From Anaeromyxobacter sp. (GTDB lineage Bacteria; Myxococcota; Myxococcia; Myxococcales; Anaeromyxobacteraceae): a DNA stretch of 64,000 nucleotides. The notes beneath the pieces were generated by a model. The model saw nothing but the letters and a program-made list of their open reading frames with translations. It was not told where the DNA came from and did no database searches. The translations under genes were made by a program, and so were the position numbers. This document shows positions 38,436-47,723 of the stretch, in pieces. The DNA lies in assembly GCA_049840735.1 (NCBI GenBank), contig JASGJN010000025.1:64001-128000 (forward strand). The letters run 5' to 3'. Within the stretch, counting starts at the first letter, position 1. Each line of letters starts with the position of its first letter.

Positions 38436-39113
38436 ATGGCGAGCACGCACACTGACAAGTCCTACGAGAAGGAGCTGACCTCGCTCCGCGAGCGGCTGCT
38501 GGAGATGGGCGGCCTGGTGGAGCAGGCCATCTCCGACTCCGTCCGGGCCATGACCGAGCGGAACTCGGACCTGGCGGAGGGGGTGAAGCACAAGGACCGG
38601 GTCATCAACCGGATGGAGGTGGACATCGACGGCGCCTGCCGCCGCATCCTGGCGCTGCGCCAGCCGGCCGCCTCCGACCTGCGCTTCATCACCACCGCGC
38701 TCAAGATCGTCACCGACCTGGAGCGGATGGGCGACCTGGCCGTCAACGTGGCCGAGCGCGCGCTGGACCTGAACCAGTCCCCGGCCATGGGGCCGATGCA
38801 CGACATCGCCAAGCTGGCCGACCTCTCGCAGGAGCAGCTCAAGCGCGCCCTCGACGCCTTCGTCACCCGCGACGTGGCCAAGGCCGAGGAAGTCCTGAAG
38901 GGCGACGAGCTGCTCGACGCGCTCTACCTCAAGATCTTCAACGCCCTGCTGGCCATCATGATGGAGGACTCCCGCGCCATCCGCCGGGCCACCTCGGTCA
39001 TGTTCGTGGCCAAGCACCTGGAGCGCTTCGGCGACCACGCCACCAACCTGGCCGAGATGGTCATCTACATGGTGCGCGGCACGGACGTCCGGCATCCGAA
39101 GAGCCGGCTCTAG
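38436..39113 (+). CDS. phoU: Phosphate signalling protein PhoU
   Basis: QPAASDLR, DLERMGD and LERFGDHATNLAE. RBS AAGGAG. Confidence 0.95.
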   Translation: MASTHTDKSYEKELTSLRERLLEMGGLVEQAISDSVRAMTERNSDLAEGVKHKDRVINRMEVDIDGACRRILALRQPAASDLRFITTALKIVTDLERMGDLAVNVAERALDLNQSPAMGPMHDIAKLADLSQEQLKRALDAFVTRDVAKAEEVLKGDELLDALYLKIFNALLAIMMEDSRAIRRATSVMFVAKHLERFGDHATNLAEMVIYMVRGTDVRHPKSRL

Positions 39114-39115
39114 AG

Positions 39116-39145
39116 TAGGGGTCGCGTCCTTTCACATTACCCTTT
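39116..39145 (+). repeat. 30-bp direct repeat, copy 1
   Basis: TAGGGGTCGCGTCCTTTCACATTACCCTTT, 29/30 identical to 39586-39615. Confidence 0.9.
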
Positions 39146-39210
39146 ACCGTCCGGGCCGGCGAAGCCGCCCGAACCGCCGCTGGCGCAGCCCACGGTCGCT
39201 TCGGCCCCCC

Positions 39211-39264
39211 CCGTTCGGCCTGAGCGTAGCCGCCGCGAAGCGGCGGCGGAGTCGAAGGCCAGGG
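39211..39264 (+). repeat. REP-like element
   Basis: CCGTTCGGCCTGAGCGTAG-CCGCCGCGAAGCGGCGG-CGGAGTCGAAGGCCAGGG. Confidence 0.9.
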
Positions 39265-39324
39265 ATCCACGCGAGGCCAGCGCTGGGCGTCATCCCCCCC
39301 GCCGCCTGCCCGCAGTGCGGTAGG

Positions 39325-39588
39325 ATGTGCACCTTCGCGCTGGTCGTCCGAATCACCCCGGAGCACGTGATGCACAATCCCATCGAGCTCGAGCTCCTGG
39401 TCCGCCACCTCGGCAAGGCGAAGGGGATCGAGCTGGTCCGGCTGTCGAAGCTGCCTGGCTCCCGCGAGCTGGCACCGGAGGCCTTCGTGGCCCTGGCCGC
39501 GGCGGTCGAGGGGTTCCCTGGGCTCTACGGCGACCCGGCGGAAGCCAGCCACGCGCTCGAGGACCTTCGGGAGCGTTTCCCGAACTAG
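39325..39588 (+). CDS. Small hypothetical protein between the direct repeats
   Basis: 87-aa ORF with plausible composition. Its TAG stop is the first 3 bp of repeat copy 2. Start may be 39370. Confidence 0.5.
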   Translation: MCTFALVVRITPEHVMHNPIELELLVRHLGKAKGIELVRLSKLPGSRELAPEAFVALAAAVEGFPGLYGDPAEASHALEDLRERFPN

Positions 39589-39615
39589 GGGTCGCGTCCT
39601 TCCACATTACCCTTT
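39586..39615 (+). repeat. 30-bp direct repeat, copy 2
   Basis: TAGGGGTCGCGTCCTTCCACATTACCCTTT. Confidence 0.9.
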
Positions 39616-39707
39616 CGGCCCTGCGGGGACGCTGCCGGCGTAGTCCCTCCGCGCCTGCGGCCGGCCGCTTCGCTCGGACGTCCTCGGCCCGCCTCGGGCC
39701 TCGTCCT

Positions 39708-40265
39708 TCACCGCGTCGTCGGCGTCGCCCCCTGCGTCGCGCCGGGGTTGGGGCTCCCGCCCGCGCCGCCGTTGTTGTTCCCGCCGGTGGTGGTCGTGGT
39801 GCTGCCAGTCGCGCCTGGCGTGGACGGCACGGCCGAGCTGCCGGGGCCGGTGGTGGCGCCGGGCGAGCCGGTCCCGGTGCCGCTCCCCGCCGCGTCCCCG
39901 GTCCCGGTGGCGCCGCCGCCCACCGGCACGCAGCGCACGCCGTTGGGCGCGTTGGTGGACGTGCCGGTGGTGTTGGTGGCGGACGACGAGGAGGAGGCGC
40001 TGCTGCCGGTGCCGGTGCTGTCGGCGGTTCCGGCGCCCACGCTCCCGGTCGACGAGTCGGGCATGGTGCCCGGCGGGCAGGTGCCGACGCTGCTGCCGGT
40101 GGTGGCGGTGGAGGTCCCGGGAGCGGTGCCGGTGCTGCCGGCCCCTGCCGTGCCGGTGCCTGTCCCGGGCGTTCCAGACGTCCCGGTGGTTCCACCACCG
40201 ACCTGCGCGCTCGCCGGCAGCGCCAGCGCCGCAATCAACACTGCCCATGCCCAACGGTTCGCCAT
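39708..40265 (-). CDS. Exported Gly/Thr/Ser-rich low-complexity protein
   Basis: Signal peptide MANRWAWAVLIAALALPASA. GGAGGGAG RBS. Two Cys. Confidence 0.7.
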   Translation of the reverse strand: MANRWAWAVLIAALALPASAQVGGGTTGTSGTPGTGTGTAGAGSTGTAPGTSTATTGSSVGTCPPGTMPDSSTGSVGAGTADSTGTGSSASSSSSATNTTGTSTNAPNGVRCVPVGGGATGTGDAAGSGTGTGSPGATTGPGSSAVPSTPGATGSTTTTTGGNNNGGAGGSPNPGATQGATPTTR

Positions 40266-40318
40266 GGCTCCCTCCGTCCGGGAAGGGTGCGCATGGGCGG
40301 GGCGCGAGGCCCGGCGCG

Positions 40319-40927
40319 TCAGTGGACCAGCAGGCGGGCGGCCAGGCCCGCCAGCACCCCGAGCGTCCCGCCGGCTGCCACGTCGAGCGGGTAGTGCGCG
40401 CCGAGGTAGACGCGCGAGAGGCCGATGCCGGTGGCGAGCAGCAGGAAGAGCGGCCCGAGGGCGAACGGCTCGCCGGCGAAGGCCACGGCCACGGCGAAGG
40501 CGGCGGCGGTGTGGCCGGAGGGGAAGGAGAACTTGTCCGGGTTCTGCGCCAGCGCCTCGAAGCCGGCGATGGCGCTGTCCGGGCGGGCCCGGGTCAGGCT
40601 GCGCTTGAGCGCCTGCGAGGCCAGCGTGGCCAGGCCGGAGGCGGTGGCGAGGCGCAGGCCGAGGTGGACGCCCAGCTCGGTCATGGTGGCCAGGCAGGCC
40701 AGCCCGCCCACCGTCCAGCTGCTGGCGTCGCCCAGCCGCGTCAGGGTGCGGGCGACGAGGGTGCGGACGGGGTTGCGGTAGCGCTGGACGGCGACGAGGA
40801 GCGCCTCGTCGAAGGAGAGGATGCGCTGGAGCCGCCCGTGCTGGCGGACGACGACGACGCCCGCTTCGCCGTCGAGCTCGAACGACGCGCCGTCCGCGTC
40901 GAAGGTCGGGTTTCCTTGATCACCCAT
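40319..40927 (-). CDS. PAP2-family phosphatase
   Basis: K...RARP, SFPSGH and SRVYLGAHYPLDV. Start uncertain. Confidence 0.9.
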   Translation of the reverse strand: MGDQGNPTFDADGASFELDGEAGVVVVRQHGRLQRILSFDEALLVAVQRYRNPVRTLVARTLTRLGDASSWTVGGLACLATMTELGVHLGLRLATASGLATLASQALKRSLTRARPDSAIAGFEALAQNPDKFSFPSGHTAAAFAVAVAFAGEPFALGPLFLLLATGIGLSRVYLGAHYPLDVAAGGTLGVLAGLAARLLVH

Positions 40928-41712
40928 CGCTGCAGAGCCTGCTCCCCGGCCGTGCCAGCGGCGGGGCTCGTCTGCAACATCTGGGTGAACGGCCCATCGA
41001 GCAACGCCCCATAGGCGACGAACAGCTCGCCCGCCAGGTAGCGCGTGCCGCGCCGATCCTTGCCCCGCTTCACCCTGATGTGGGCGTTGGCCTTCGGGTC
41101 GGAGGGGCGGGACAGGTCCATGCGGATGCGCTCCACCCGCTTGCCGCGGTGGAGCAGGGTCACGGCGTCGCCGTCCACCGACTCGACCAGCGCCACGTGG
41201 GTGATGCCGTCGTCTACCTTGCCGTTGCGGTTCCGGTCGAAGGTGTCGTGGAAGAAGGCCAGGTCGCCGGGGCGCGGGTGGACGATCCGGGCGCTGGCGT
41301 CGAACATGCCCATCGAGCGCAGGGTCGAGGTCACCGGCACGACCTGGACGCCGCCTGCGCGGTAGGCGGCCAGGACGTAGCCGGAGCAGTCGAGCCGCAC
41401 CGACTTGCCCACCACGTGCTGGGCCGCGGCCAGGATGCGCGCGCGCAGCTCCGCCAGCTCGGGCGGCTCCTCGAGCTCGGGGCCGGCCGGGGCCGGCTCA
41501 CTGGGCGGCGGCGCGGCCTCGGCGGCGGTCGGCGGCGGCTCGACGGGCTCGGCCGGCGCCGCGGACGCGGGCGCGGCAGGCGTCGCCCCGGTCGCGTGCC
41601 CGACGTCGGCGGGCGGGCGGACCTGCGTCGTGGCGCAGGCGGAGAGCGAGCCGAGGAGGACCAGGGCCAGCGCAGCCAGCGCCGGCCGGGAGCGGGCGTC
41701 GGGCGTGCTCAC
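40741..41712 (-). CDS. NlpC/P60 (CHAP-like) lipoprotein; true stop probably near 40920
   Basis: Lipobox LSAC, LDCSGYV, PGDLAFF and THVALV. The long overlap with the PAP2 gene suggests a missed stop caused by an indel. Confidence 0.82.
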   Translation of the reverse strand: MSTPDARSRPALAALALVLLGSLSACATTQVRPPADVGHATGATPAAPASAAPAEPVEPPPTAAEAAPPPSEPAPAGPELEEPPELAELRARILAAAQHVVGKSVRLDCSGYVLAAYRAGGVQVVPVTSTLRSMGMFDASARIVHPRPGDLAFFHDTFDRNRNGKVDDGITHVALVESVDGDAVTLLHRGKRVERIRMDLSRPSDPKANAHIRVKRGKDRRGTRYLAGELFVAYGALLDGPFTQMLQTSPAAGTAGEQALQRWVIKETRPSTRTARRSSSTAKRASSSSASTGGSSASSPSTRRSSSPSSATATPSAPSSPAP

Positions 41713-42350
41713 GCGGCCGCCCGCTCCGCGCTAGCCGGCCCCGCGGCCAGACGGGCCAGCTGCCGGTCCTGGAGGCGCGACAGCAGCAGCTGCGCCAGCA
41801 GCGCGCCGCACAGGGCCATGAACATGTCCCACTGCGTGTCCCAGGGGTCGCCCTGCGTGCCCAGGAACGCGTCGGCGCCGGCGCCCAGCAGCACCGCGGC
41901 CAGCCACTCCACCAGCTCGTAGAGCGCCGAGATGGCCAGCGCCACGCTGGTCACCAGCGTGAACAGCCAGCCGCCGCGCCGCAGCGGCGAGGTGCGCAGC
42001 AGGACCTCGCGGGCCACCAGCGCCGGGACGAAGCCCTGGAAGAGGTGGCCGAGCCGGTCGTAGGGGTTGCGCGAGAGGCCGAGCACGTCCTTCACCCAGA
42101 AGCCGGCCGGCACCTCGGCGTAGGTCCAGTGACCGCCCACGCAGAGGACCATGGCGTGCAGCGCGATCAGCACGTACAGCACCGGCGTGAGCGGGAAGCG
42201 CTTCCGGGTGGCGAACAGGACCGGGAGCGCGACCAGGCCGGGCGCCACCTCCATCCACCAGGTGCTGCGCTCCTTCGGCGCCACGCCCGACCAGGCCAGC
42301 ACGATCAGGACGGCGACGAGGAGGATGGCCTGGAGGCGCGTGAGCGTCAT
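41709..42350 (-). CDS. DUF2238 (YjdF-like) inner-membrane protein
   Basis: TWWMEV, GGHWTYAEVP, RNPYDRLGH, YELVEW and FLGTQGDPWDTQWDM. Confidence 0.9.
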   Translation of the reverse strand: MTLTRLQAILLVAVLIVLAWSGVAPKERSTWWMEVAPGLVALPVLFATRKRFPLTPVLYVLIALHAMVLCVGGHWTYAEVPAGFWVKDVLGLSRNPYDRLGHLFQGFVPALVAREVLLRTSPLRRGGWLFTLVTSVALAISALYELVEWLAAVLLGAGADAFLGTQGDPWDTQWDMFMALCGALLAQLLLSRLQDRQLARLAAGPASAERAAA

Positions 42351-43322
42351 CGGCGGGCGAGCTCCTGGAGGAGGGAGGCGTCCACCATACCCGAAAGCTC
42401 GCCGGGTGGGGCGAACCCGAGCGCCTGCGCGTGCCTGGCCATCTGCACCACCTGTGTGGGCATGGGCATCCCGGGTGGGCTCGAGGCGCGTGAAGGCGTC
42501 GGCCACGATCTCGTCGGGGAGCCGCTTCCCGGCCGCGCGCTGCAGCCCGTCGTTCACCGCGCGCGCGAAGGCGCGCGGGTCCTGCGCCCAGCGCGCGGTG
42601 AGCGCCAGGTGCGCCTGCAAGAGCCGCCGCACGTCCTCGCGCCGCTCGCGCAGCGCGCGCGTCGAGGCCACCAGCACGGTGGTGGGGAAGGCGCCGCCGG
42701 GCCAGAGCGTCCGCTCGTCCACCAGGATCCGCCCCCGCCCCTCCGCCACCAGCCGCGAGGCCCACGGCTCCGGCACCCAGGCCCCGGCCAGCTGGCCGCG
42801 CACGAAGAGCGAGAGGATGTCGGCGTTGGCGAGCGGCGTGACCCGCACCTGGTCCGGCCCTTCGCCGTCCTCCAGCCCCTGCGCGTGCAGCCAGGTGCGG
42901 AGCGCCACGTCCTGCGTGTTGCCCAGCTGCGGCGACGCCACCCGCTGCCCGCGCAGCGCGGCCGGCGAGTCCACGCCGGCGCGCACCACCAGGGAGGCGC
43001 CGCCCGACGCGGCCCCGGCGATGATGCGCAGCGCCTCGCCGTGCGTGCGCAGGTAGGCGATGGCGGCCGGCCCCGGGCCCACGTAGGCCACGTCGAGATC
43101 GCCCGAGAGCAGCGCCTCCATCTCGGCCGGCCCGGCGTTGAAGAGCCTGACCTGGAGGCGGCCGTCCACGGCGCGCGCCAGCGTGCCGTCGGCCACGCCG
43201 GCCAGCGCCTGCGCGTGGGTCAGGTTGGGGAAGTGGCCCAGCCGCAGCGGCCCCCCGGGGCCGGGATCGCGCCGGCAGGCCGCCGCAGCGGCGAGCGTGA
43301 GCAGCACCAGCAACCGTCGCAT
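42347..43322 (-). CDS. SsuA/NrtA-type ABC substrate-binding lipoprotein (frameshift near 42470)
   Basis: LGHFPNLTHAQAL, FNAGP, PQLGNTQDVALR and WVPEPWASRL. Confidence 0.88.
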
Positions 43323-43340
43323 GCAGATCCTCCGGCGGCG

Positions 43341-44102
43341 TCAGGCCGCCTCCAGGAGCCCCCAGCGCCGCCGCACCCGCAGCTCCAGCCACCGGAAGAG
43401 CACCTGATCCACGGCCACGCCGATGACCACGATGCAGGCCATCACGCCCATCACCTGGGCGGCGTCGAGCAGCTCCCGCCCCTGGTTGAGCAGCTGCCCC
43501 AGGCCGCCGGCCACGAAGATCAGCTCCCCGGCCATGAGCGCGCGCCAGGCGAAGCTCCAGCCCAGCTTGAGCCCGGTGAGCAGCCCCGGCAGCGCCGCCG
43601 CCAGCAGCACGCCGGCGTGGAAGCGCAGCCCGCGCACGCCCAGCGTCCCGGCGGCGCGCAGCAGGATGGGGTCCACGCCGGAGACGGCGTCCTCGGCCGC
43701 GATGGCGATGGCCAGGAGCGAGCCCATCACCACCACGAAGACGATGGCCGACTCGGAGAGCCCGAACCAGAGCAGCGCCAGCGGCAGCCAGCAGATGGAC
43801 GGCAGCGCCTGGAGCCCCAGCACCACCGGCCGGAGCGCCTGCTGCACCAGGCCGCTGCGGGCCATGACCACGCCCAGCGGCACGCCCAGCAGCGCCGAGA
43901 GGCCGTAGCCCTGCGCCAGCCGCGCCAGCGAGCGGCCCAGGGCGTCCCAGAGCCGGCCGTCGGCCGCCATCTGGGCCACGCTGCGCGCCACCGCCGGCGG
44001 GCCGGGGAAGAGCCAGTGCGGCCAGGGGCCGACGCTAGAGAGGAGCGCCCAGGCCGCGATCGCCAGCAGCAGGAAGCCCACCGTCGCGAGCCGATGCCTC
44101 AT
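43341..44102 (-). CDS. SsuC/TauC-type ABC permease
   Basis: GLQALPSICWLPLALLWFG and WSFAWRALMAGE. Confidence 0.92.
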   Translation of the reverse strand: MRHRLATVGFLLLAIAAWALLSSVGPWPHWLFPGPPAVARSVAQMAADGRLWDALGRSLARLAQGYGLSALLGVPLGVVMARSGLVQQALRPVVLGLQALPSICWLPLALLWFGLSESAIVFVVVMGSLLAIAIAAEDAVSGVDPILLRAAGTLGVRGLRFHAGVLLAAALPGLLTGLKLGWSFAWRALMAGELIFVAGGLGQLLNQGRELLDAAQVMGVMACIVVIGVAVDQVLFRWLELRVRRRWGLLEAA

Positions 44103-44982
44103 CCCCCACCTCCTCCGCGCCGCGGTCCGGCGCCGGCGCCGGCAGCGCCTGCCCGGCCCCCTCGGCCCGGCGCAGCTCGCCGCGGATCTGGCGGGACAGC
44201 TCCACCAGCGCCTGGTCGTCCGGATCGCGCGGCCGCGGCAGGTGCACGTCCAGGTCCTGCAGCACGCGGCCGGGGCGCGCCGCCATCACCACCACCCGGT
44301 CCCCCAGCACCAGCGCCTCGCGCACGTCGTGGGTGACGAAGACCACCGTCTTGCGCGTGCGCAGCCAGATCCCCTGCAGCAGCTGGTGCATGTGGCTGCG
44401 GGTCTGCGCGTCGAGCGCCGCGAACGGCTCGTCCATCAGCAGCACCGCCGGCTCCATGGCCAGCGCGCGGGCCAGCTGCACCCGCATGCGCATGCCGCCG
44501 GAGAGCTGGTGGGGCAGGGCGTCCTCGAACCCCTCCAGGTGGACCAGCGCCACGTGCTCGCGGGCGCGCGCCAGCGCCTCGGCGCGCGGGAGGCCCCGGG
44601 CGCGCAGCGGGAAGGTCAGGTTCTGGCGCACGGTGAGCCAGGGGAAGAGCGCGTGGTCCTGGAAGACCAGCAGCCGGTCCGGCCCGGGGCCGCGCACCTG
44701 CACGCCGTCGATGTGGATGGAGCCGCCGCTGGGGGCGAGGTGGCCGGAGAGGGCGTAGAGGAGCGTGCTCTTGCCGCAGCCGGAAGGCCCCAGGAGGCAG
44801 ACGAACTCGCCGGCGTGCACGGCGATGTTGACGTCCTTGAGCGCCACCACGCCGCGCTTGCCGAAGCGGTGGCCGACCTGCGAGACGTCGATCTTGGGCG
44901 GGCCGGCGCGGGCGCGACGCGGCACCAGCCGCCCGGGCCGAACCGGGCGACCCGCCAGCCACGAACGGAGCTCGCGCCACAC
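44035..44982 (-). CDS. SsuB/TauB-type ABC ATP-binding protein
   Basis: [26 protein letters not shown] and VTHDVREA. The 3' end may really be near 44099. Confidence 0.92.
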   Translation of the reverse strand: MWRELRSWLAGRPVRPGRLVPRRARAGPPKIDVSQVGHRFGKRGVVALKDVNIAVHAGEFVCLLGPSGCGKSTLLYALSGHLAPSGGSIHIDGVQVRGPGPDRLLVFQDHALFPWLTVRQNLTFPLRARGLPRAEALARAREHVALVHLEGFEDALPHQLSGGMRMRVQLARALAMEPAVLLMDEPFAALDAQTRSHMHQLLQGIWLRTRKTVVFVTHDVREALVLGDRVVVMAARPGRVLQDLDVHLPRPRDPDDQALVELSRQIRGELRRAEGAGQALPAPAPDRGAEEVGDEASARDGGLPAAGDRGLGAPL

Positions 44983-45048
44983 GCAGCGACAAGGTGCGTT
45001 GGCACGGGCAGGCCGGCCTGCCCGGCTGCCTGCCCCCGCCTGGCCGGA

Positions 45049-45996
45049 TCACGGGCGGTAGACGAGCAGCCGGCAGGCCAGGCCGCCGTTGCGCACCGCC
45101 AGCGCCTCGGCCGGGGCGGCGGGGAGCAGCTTCTCCAGCCCGCGGTCGGGGCCCAGCACCACCGCGGTCCAGCCGCCCAGCCGCGCCAGCAGCGAGGCGA
45201 GGGCCTGCCAGGCCTCCCGCGTGCCCTCGTCGAGCCGCACGCCGTAGGGCGGGTTCACCGCCAGCAGGCCGGGCCCGTCGGGCGGGCGCACCCGGCCCGC
45301 GTCCTCGCGCGCGAAGGTGACGAGCTCGGCCACCCCGGCGGCGGCGGCGTTCTTCTGGGCCAGCCGCAGCGCGCCGGCGTTGCGGTCCGAGGCGTGGATG
45401 GGGACCTTCACCGGCCGTGCGCGGCCGGCCAGCGCGGCCCGCAGCCGGGCCAGCCGGGCCGGGTCGTGGCCGGGGAGCCGCTCCAGGGCCAGCGGCCGCT
45501 CCAGCCCGGGCGCGCGGCCGGCGGCGGCCAGCGCGGCCTCGATGGCCACGGTGCCCGAGCCGCACATCGGATCCAGGAAGGGCCGGTCCCCGGCCCAGCC
45601 GCCGGCGCGCAGCAGCGCCGCCGCCAGCGTCTCGCGCAGCGGCGCGGCGCCGACGCGGGCTCGCCAGCCGCGCCGGTGCAGCGGCTCGCCGGCCGCGTCC
45701 ACCGACAGGGTCGAGGCCCGGCCGGCCGGGCGCACCAGCAGCTCGGCCCCGCCGGCGCGCCGGGCCGCGGCCCTGCGCGCGGCGGGCAGCTCGGCCGCGT
45801 CGCCGGTCCAGAGCCGGAGCAGCACCGAGTCGGCCAGCCGCGAGGCCAGGCAGGCCATCGCGGCGGCGTCCACGCCCTCCGCCTCGGCGCCGCCCGGCAC
45901 CGGCCGCGCGCCCAGCCCCAGCTCGCGCAGCTCGCCCGCCAGCAGCGGCTCCAGCCCGGGCGCGCAGGCGCAGAAGACCGACTCGGCGGCGCTCAC
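45049..45996 (-). CDS. Second RlmL/UPF0020-like RNA methyltransferase (reduced THUMP region)
   Basis: CAPGLE, LHRRGWR, APLRETLAAA, DPMCGSGT, NPPYG and NGGL. Confidence 0.88.
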   Translation of the reverse strand: MSAAESVFCACAPGLEPLLAGELRELGLGARPVPGGAEAEGVDAAAMACLASRLADSVLLRLWTGDAAELPAARRAAARRAGGAELLVRPAGRASTLSVDAAGEPLHRRGWRARVGAAPLRETLAAALLRAGGWAGDRPFLDPMCGSGTVAIEAALAAAGRAPGLERPLALERLPGHDPARLARLRAALAGRARPVKVPIHASDRNAGALRLAQKNAAAAGVAELVTFAREDAGRVRPPDGPGLLAVNPPYGVRLDEGTREAWQALASLLARLGGWTAVVLGPDRGLEKLLPAAPAEALAVRNGGLACRLLVYRP

Positions 45997-46541
45997 CGCG
46001 CCAGCTCGAGCCGCAGCTTCACCAGCGTGTCCGCGCGGCAGGTCAGCTGGCGCACGGCCGGCCTGCGCCCCTTCAGCGTGGCGCGGACCTCCACCGGCTG
46101 CCCCGGCTCGCAGGACACGCCGGCCAGCGCCGGCGCCTCGCCGCGGGCCTGGCCGGCCACCGTCACCAGCGCGCCGGAGGGGACCGTCTCCACCGACACG
46201 GCGAACCCCTCGAACGGCGCGGTCTCGAGCCCCGCGGCCGGATCCGGGGTGAGCTGCAGCGGCGGCAGCGCGGTGATGGGCGTGCCCTCACCGGCCGGCT
46301 CCTCCGGCGCGGCCGCGGGCTGGGCCCGGCGGTGGCGGCGCCAGAGCGGGGCCACCATCACCGTGACGAGCATGATCGCCAGGAGCCCCAGCGCCACCCA
46401 GCGCGCGCGCCGGCCGCGCGGCGGCGTGGGCGGCAGCGGCGGCAGGTCGAGCCGGTCGGGGCGCTCGCCGGAGGGCGCGGCCTCGGCCCCGGCGTCCGGA
46501 GCGCCGGTGGGGTCGCCGGTGGGTGGAAGTTCCTCGGGCAT
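45993..46541 (-). CDS. Single-TM protein with PEGA-like C-terminal domain
   Basis: TM WVALGLLAIMLVTVMV, then VSVETVPSGALVTVAGQARGEAP. ATG 46541 has TACACT 6 nt upstream. Confidence 0.7.
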   Translation of the reverse strand: MPEELPPTGDPTGAPDAGAEAAPSGERPDRLDLPPLPPTPPRGRRARWVALGLLAIMLVTVMVAPLWRRHRRAQPAAAPEEPAGEGTPITALPPLQLTPDPAAGLETAPFEGFAVSVETVPSGALVTVAGQARGEAPALAGVSCEPGQPVEVRATLKGRRPAVRQLTCRADTLVKLRLELAR

Positions 46542-46613
46542 GGCGCCAGTGTAGCGCGCCCGCCCTCGCCAGCAATTGCCGGACTCGCCGGCCGCGTGTA
46601 CGCTCGGCCGCCC

Positions 46614-47723
46614 ATGCGGCTCGGCTTCGACGCGAAGCGCGTCTTCCACAACGCCACCGGGCTCGGCAACTACGCCCGCGACGTGCTCCGGATCCTCTCG
46701 GCGCACGCGCCCGGCCACGCCTACCTGGCCTACAACCCGCGGCGCGGCCGCATCCCCTTCGCCGCCGCCGGCGTGGAGGAGCGGCGCCCCTCCGGCGCCT
46801 GGGCGCTGGTGCCCCCGGCCTGGCGGCAGCTGGGGCTGGTGCGCGACCTGGTGGCCGACCGGGTGGAGGTCTTCCACGGCCTCTCCAACGAGCTGCCCAG
46901 CGGCCTGCAGCGGAGCGGCGTGGCCGGCGTGGTGACCATCCACGACCTGATCTTCGAGCGCTACCCGCACCTCTACCGGCCGGCGGACCGGCGCATCTAC
47001 CGCTGGAAGTTCCGCAGCGCCGCCAAGCGCGCCCGGCGCGTGGTCGCCATCTCCGAGCAGACGCGGCAGGACCTGATCGAGCGCTACGGGATCCCCGCCG
47101 AGCGGATCGTGGTGGTGTACCAGGGGTGCAACGCCGCCTTCCGCGCCGAGGTGCCGCCGGAGCGGCTGGCCGCGGCCGCGGCCCGCCACGGCGTGACGCC
47201 GGGCTTCGTGCTGCAGGTGGGGACGGTGGAGCCGCGCAAGAACCTGGCCGCCACGGTGGAGGCGCTGGCCGGGCTGCCGGACGCGCGGCTGGTGGTGGTG
47301 GGGCGCGAGACCGCCTACGCGCGCCAGGTGCAGGCGCGGGTGGCGGAGCTGGGGCTGGGCGGGCGGGTCCGCTTCCTGCGCGGCGTGACCACCGAGGAGC
47401 TGGCCGCGCTCTACCGGCTGGCGGCGGTGGCGGTCTACCCGTCCTTCTTCGAGGGGTTCGGCATCCCCATCGTCGAGGCGCTCTGCTCCGGCACGCCGGT
47501 CGTCACCACCCGCGGCGGCGTCTTCCCGGAGGCGGGCGGGCCGGGCTCGGCCTACGTGGACCCGGAGAGCCCGGCGGAGCTGCGGGCCGAGCTGGCCGCC
47601 ATCCTGGGCGACGCGGACCGGCGCGCGCGCATGCGGACGGCGGGCCTGGCCCACGCGGAGCGGTTCCGGGACGAGGTCATCGCCCGCGAGCTGCTGGCGG
47701 TCTACGCTCAGGCGATGGGCTGA
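46614..47723 (+). CDS. Glycosyltransferase family 4 (GT-B)
   Basis: MRLGFDAKR..N.TGLGNY, TIHDL, GTVEPRKN and EGFGIPIVEA. Confidence 0.92.
   Translation: MRLGFDAKRVFHNATGLGNYARDVLRILSAHAPGHAYLAYNPRRGRIPFAAAGVEERRPSGAWALVPPAWRQLGLVRDLVADRVEVFHGLSNELPSGLQRSGVAGVVTIHDLIFERYPHLYRPADRRIYRWKFRSAAKRARRVVAISEQTRQDLIERYGIPAERIVVVYQGCNAAFRAEVPPERLAAAAARHGVTPGFVLQVGTVEPRKNLAATVEALAGLPDARLVVVGRETAYARQVQARVAELGLGGRVRFLRGVTTEELAALYRLAAVAVYPSFFEGFGIPIVEALCSGTPVVTTRGGVFPEAGGPGSAYVDPESPAELRAELAAILGDADRRARMRTAGLAHAERFRDEVIARELLAVYAQAMG

Noticed and set aside
41709..43322. Substrate-binding protein fused to DUF2238
   Set aside because: The junction reads as out-of-frame text. A third frame gives a normal binding-protein end with TGA overlapping ATG 42350.
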